A stretch of DNA of 63,203 nucleotides, counting the filler, from Globobulimina sp. (Eukaryota), in assembly GCA_003354225.1 (NCBI GenBank). It is 13 parts of 13 records of this genome, joined end to end, with 100 filler letters (N's around TTAATTAATTAA, not from the genome) between each part and the next. Parts side by side here need not be neighbours in the genome. Positions count along the whole stretch, not along the records: positions 58,442 to 63,203 come from PIVH01000941.1; 12 more parts are not named here. One strand, given 5' to 3'. Both the position numbers and the translations under genes were made by a program. The notes under the pieces were generated by a model, which did no database searches, was not told the origin of the DNA, and saw only the letters and a program-made list of their open reading frames with translations. The stretch's first letter is position 1. Each line of letters starts with the position of its first letter. This document shows positions 62,483 to 63,203 of this stretch, one piece after another.

Positions 62483-63203
62483 ATGGCAGATAATTCACGC
62501 TGGACAGGTCGGGAGTCCTATTATCGCGTAGATACAACATCAATGTCTCATAACGGCCATATACAATCCCCATCCACATCTTCAATGTCGCACACAAATG
62601 ACCCATTTATGTATTCCTCCCAACAAATGCAACAAATGCCATTAAATCCACCACAAACGATTATAGGCTCGATGTCAATGTCACATATAAACGCACGTCC
62701 TCATTACTTAAGTAACAAAAACACGGCCAACCACACACCTAACAACAAACCAAAACTATCCCCCAAACACCAACACCAACACCAACACCAAGGCCAAGCC
62801 ACACAATCAACGCACGGATATTATGGGCAATATCGTTATGATAATATTAATGAAGAAACTGATAAATATCCAACTTCTCCATATTTTGACAAAAATCAAC
62901 AAAACCCAACATCACCAACATCACCGCAATCCTATCAATCACAGTCACAGTCACGTCACTCATATGCATCATACCAAGCACATCAAACACAGCAAACACA
63001 GCAACCACATCCCCCTCCATCCCACCAAGCACACCACTCATTTCATCAATCATTTACAAATAAACACTATCGTCAACAAAATAATCATCAGACTTTGGAC
63101 CACAGAAACAGAAACCGGGAAAAACACAAAACAAATCGGCGAAAACACTCACGGCATTCAAGACATTCGTCATCTGAGGAGGAGGAGGATAACACTTCGA
63201 GCA
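62483..63203 (+). CDS. Low-complexity Q/H/S-rich protein N-terminus running off the window (not in the ORF track)
   Basis: Frame from ATG 62483 (MADNSRWTGRESYY...) stays open to the window end in my reading. Confidence 0.55.
   Translation, partial: MADNSRWTGRESYYRVDTTSMSHNGHIQSPSTSSMSHTNDPFMYSSQQMQQMPLNPPQTIIGSMSMSHINARPHYLSNKNTANHTPNNKPKLSPKHQHQHQHQGQATQSTHGYYGQYRYDNINEETDKYPTSPYFDKNQQNPTSPTSPQSYQSQSQSRHSYASYQAHQTQQTQQPHPPPSHQAHHSFHQSFTNKHYRQQNNHQTLDHRNRNREKHKTNRRKHSRHSRHSSSEEEEDNTSS

Overview
The window is not one locus. It is 13 unrelated contigs of about 4.76-4.78 kb, ordered by decreasing length and joined by artificial 100-nt linkers (44 N + TTAATTAATTAA + 44 N), so gene neighbourhood only means something within a contig. 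Twelve contigs look like AT-rich, gene-dense nuclear DNA of a protist with short (about 50-130 nt) spliceosomal introns; I infer a foraminiferan or other rhizarian from the gene families. They carry housekeeping genes (ribophorin I, DAD1, proteasome Rpn2, ArfGAP, rhomboid, DHRS4-like SDR, Tctex1) and unusual architectures (7TM-ADP-ribosyltransferase-like, 7TM-RGS, membrane-anchored caspase-like, VIT/vWA-E2, Ubl-MINDY-EF-ZnF, AlkB fusion). Contig 12 (53579-58341) is the outlier. It holds a compact virus-like cassette: two divergent deoxynucleoside kinases (one with a 47-nt GT-AG intron splitting its P-loop), a Bcl-2 homologue, a Cys/His protein, an HMG-box protein and a 5'-truncated animal-type dUTPase missed by the ORF track, with TCAKT initiator-like and AATAAA signals. 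This cassette is joined at a small hairpin to a bacterial rpoN-hpf fragment. Best reading: a fragment of an undescribed nucleus-transcribed DNA virus or endogenous viral element of an animal, chimerically joined to bacterial DNA. No virion or polymerase hallmark gene is visible, so the family is unassigned. All family calls come from motif recognition by eye; no database search was run.
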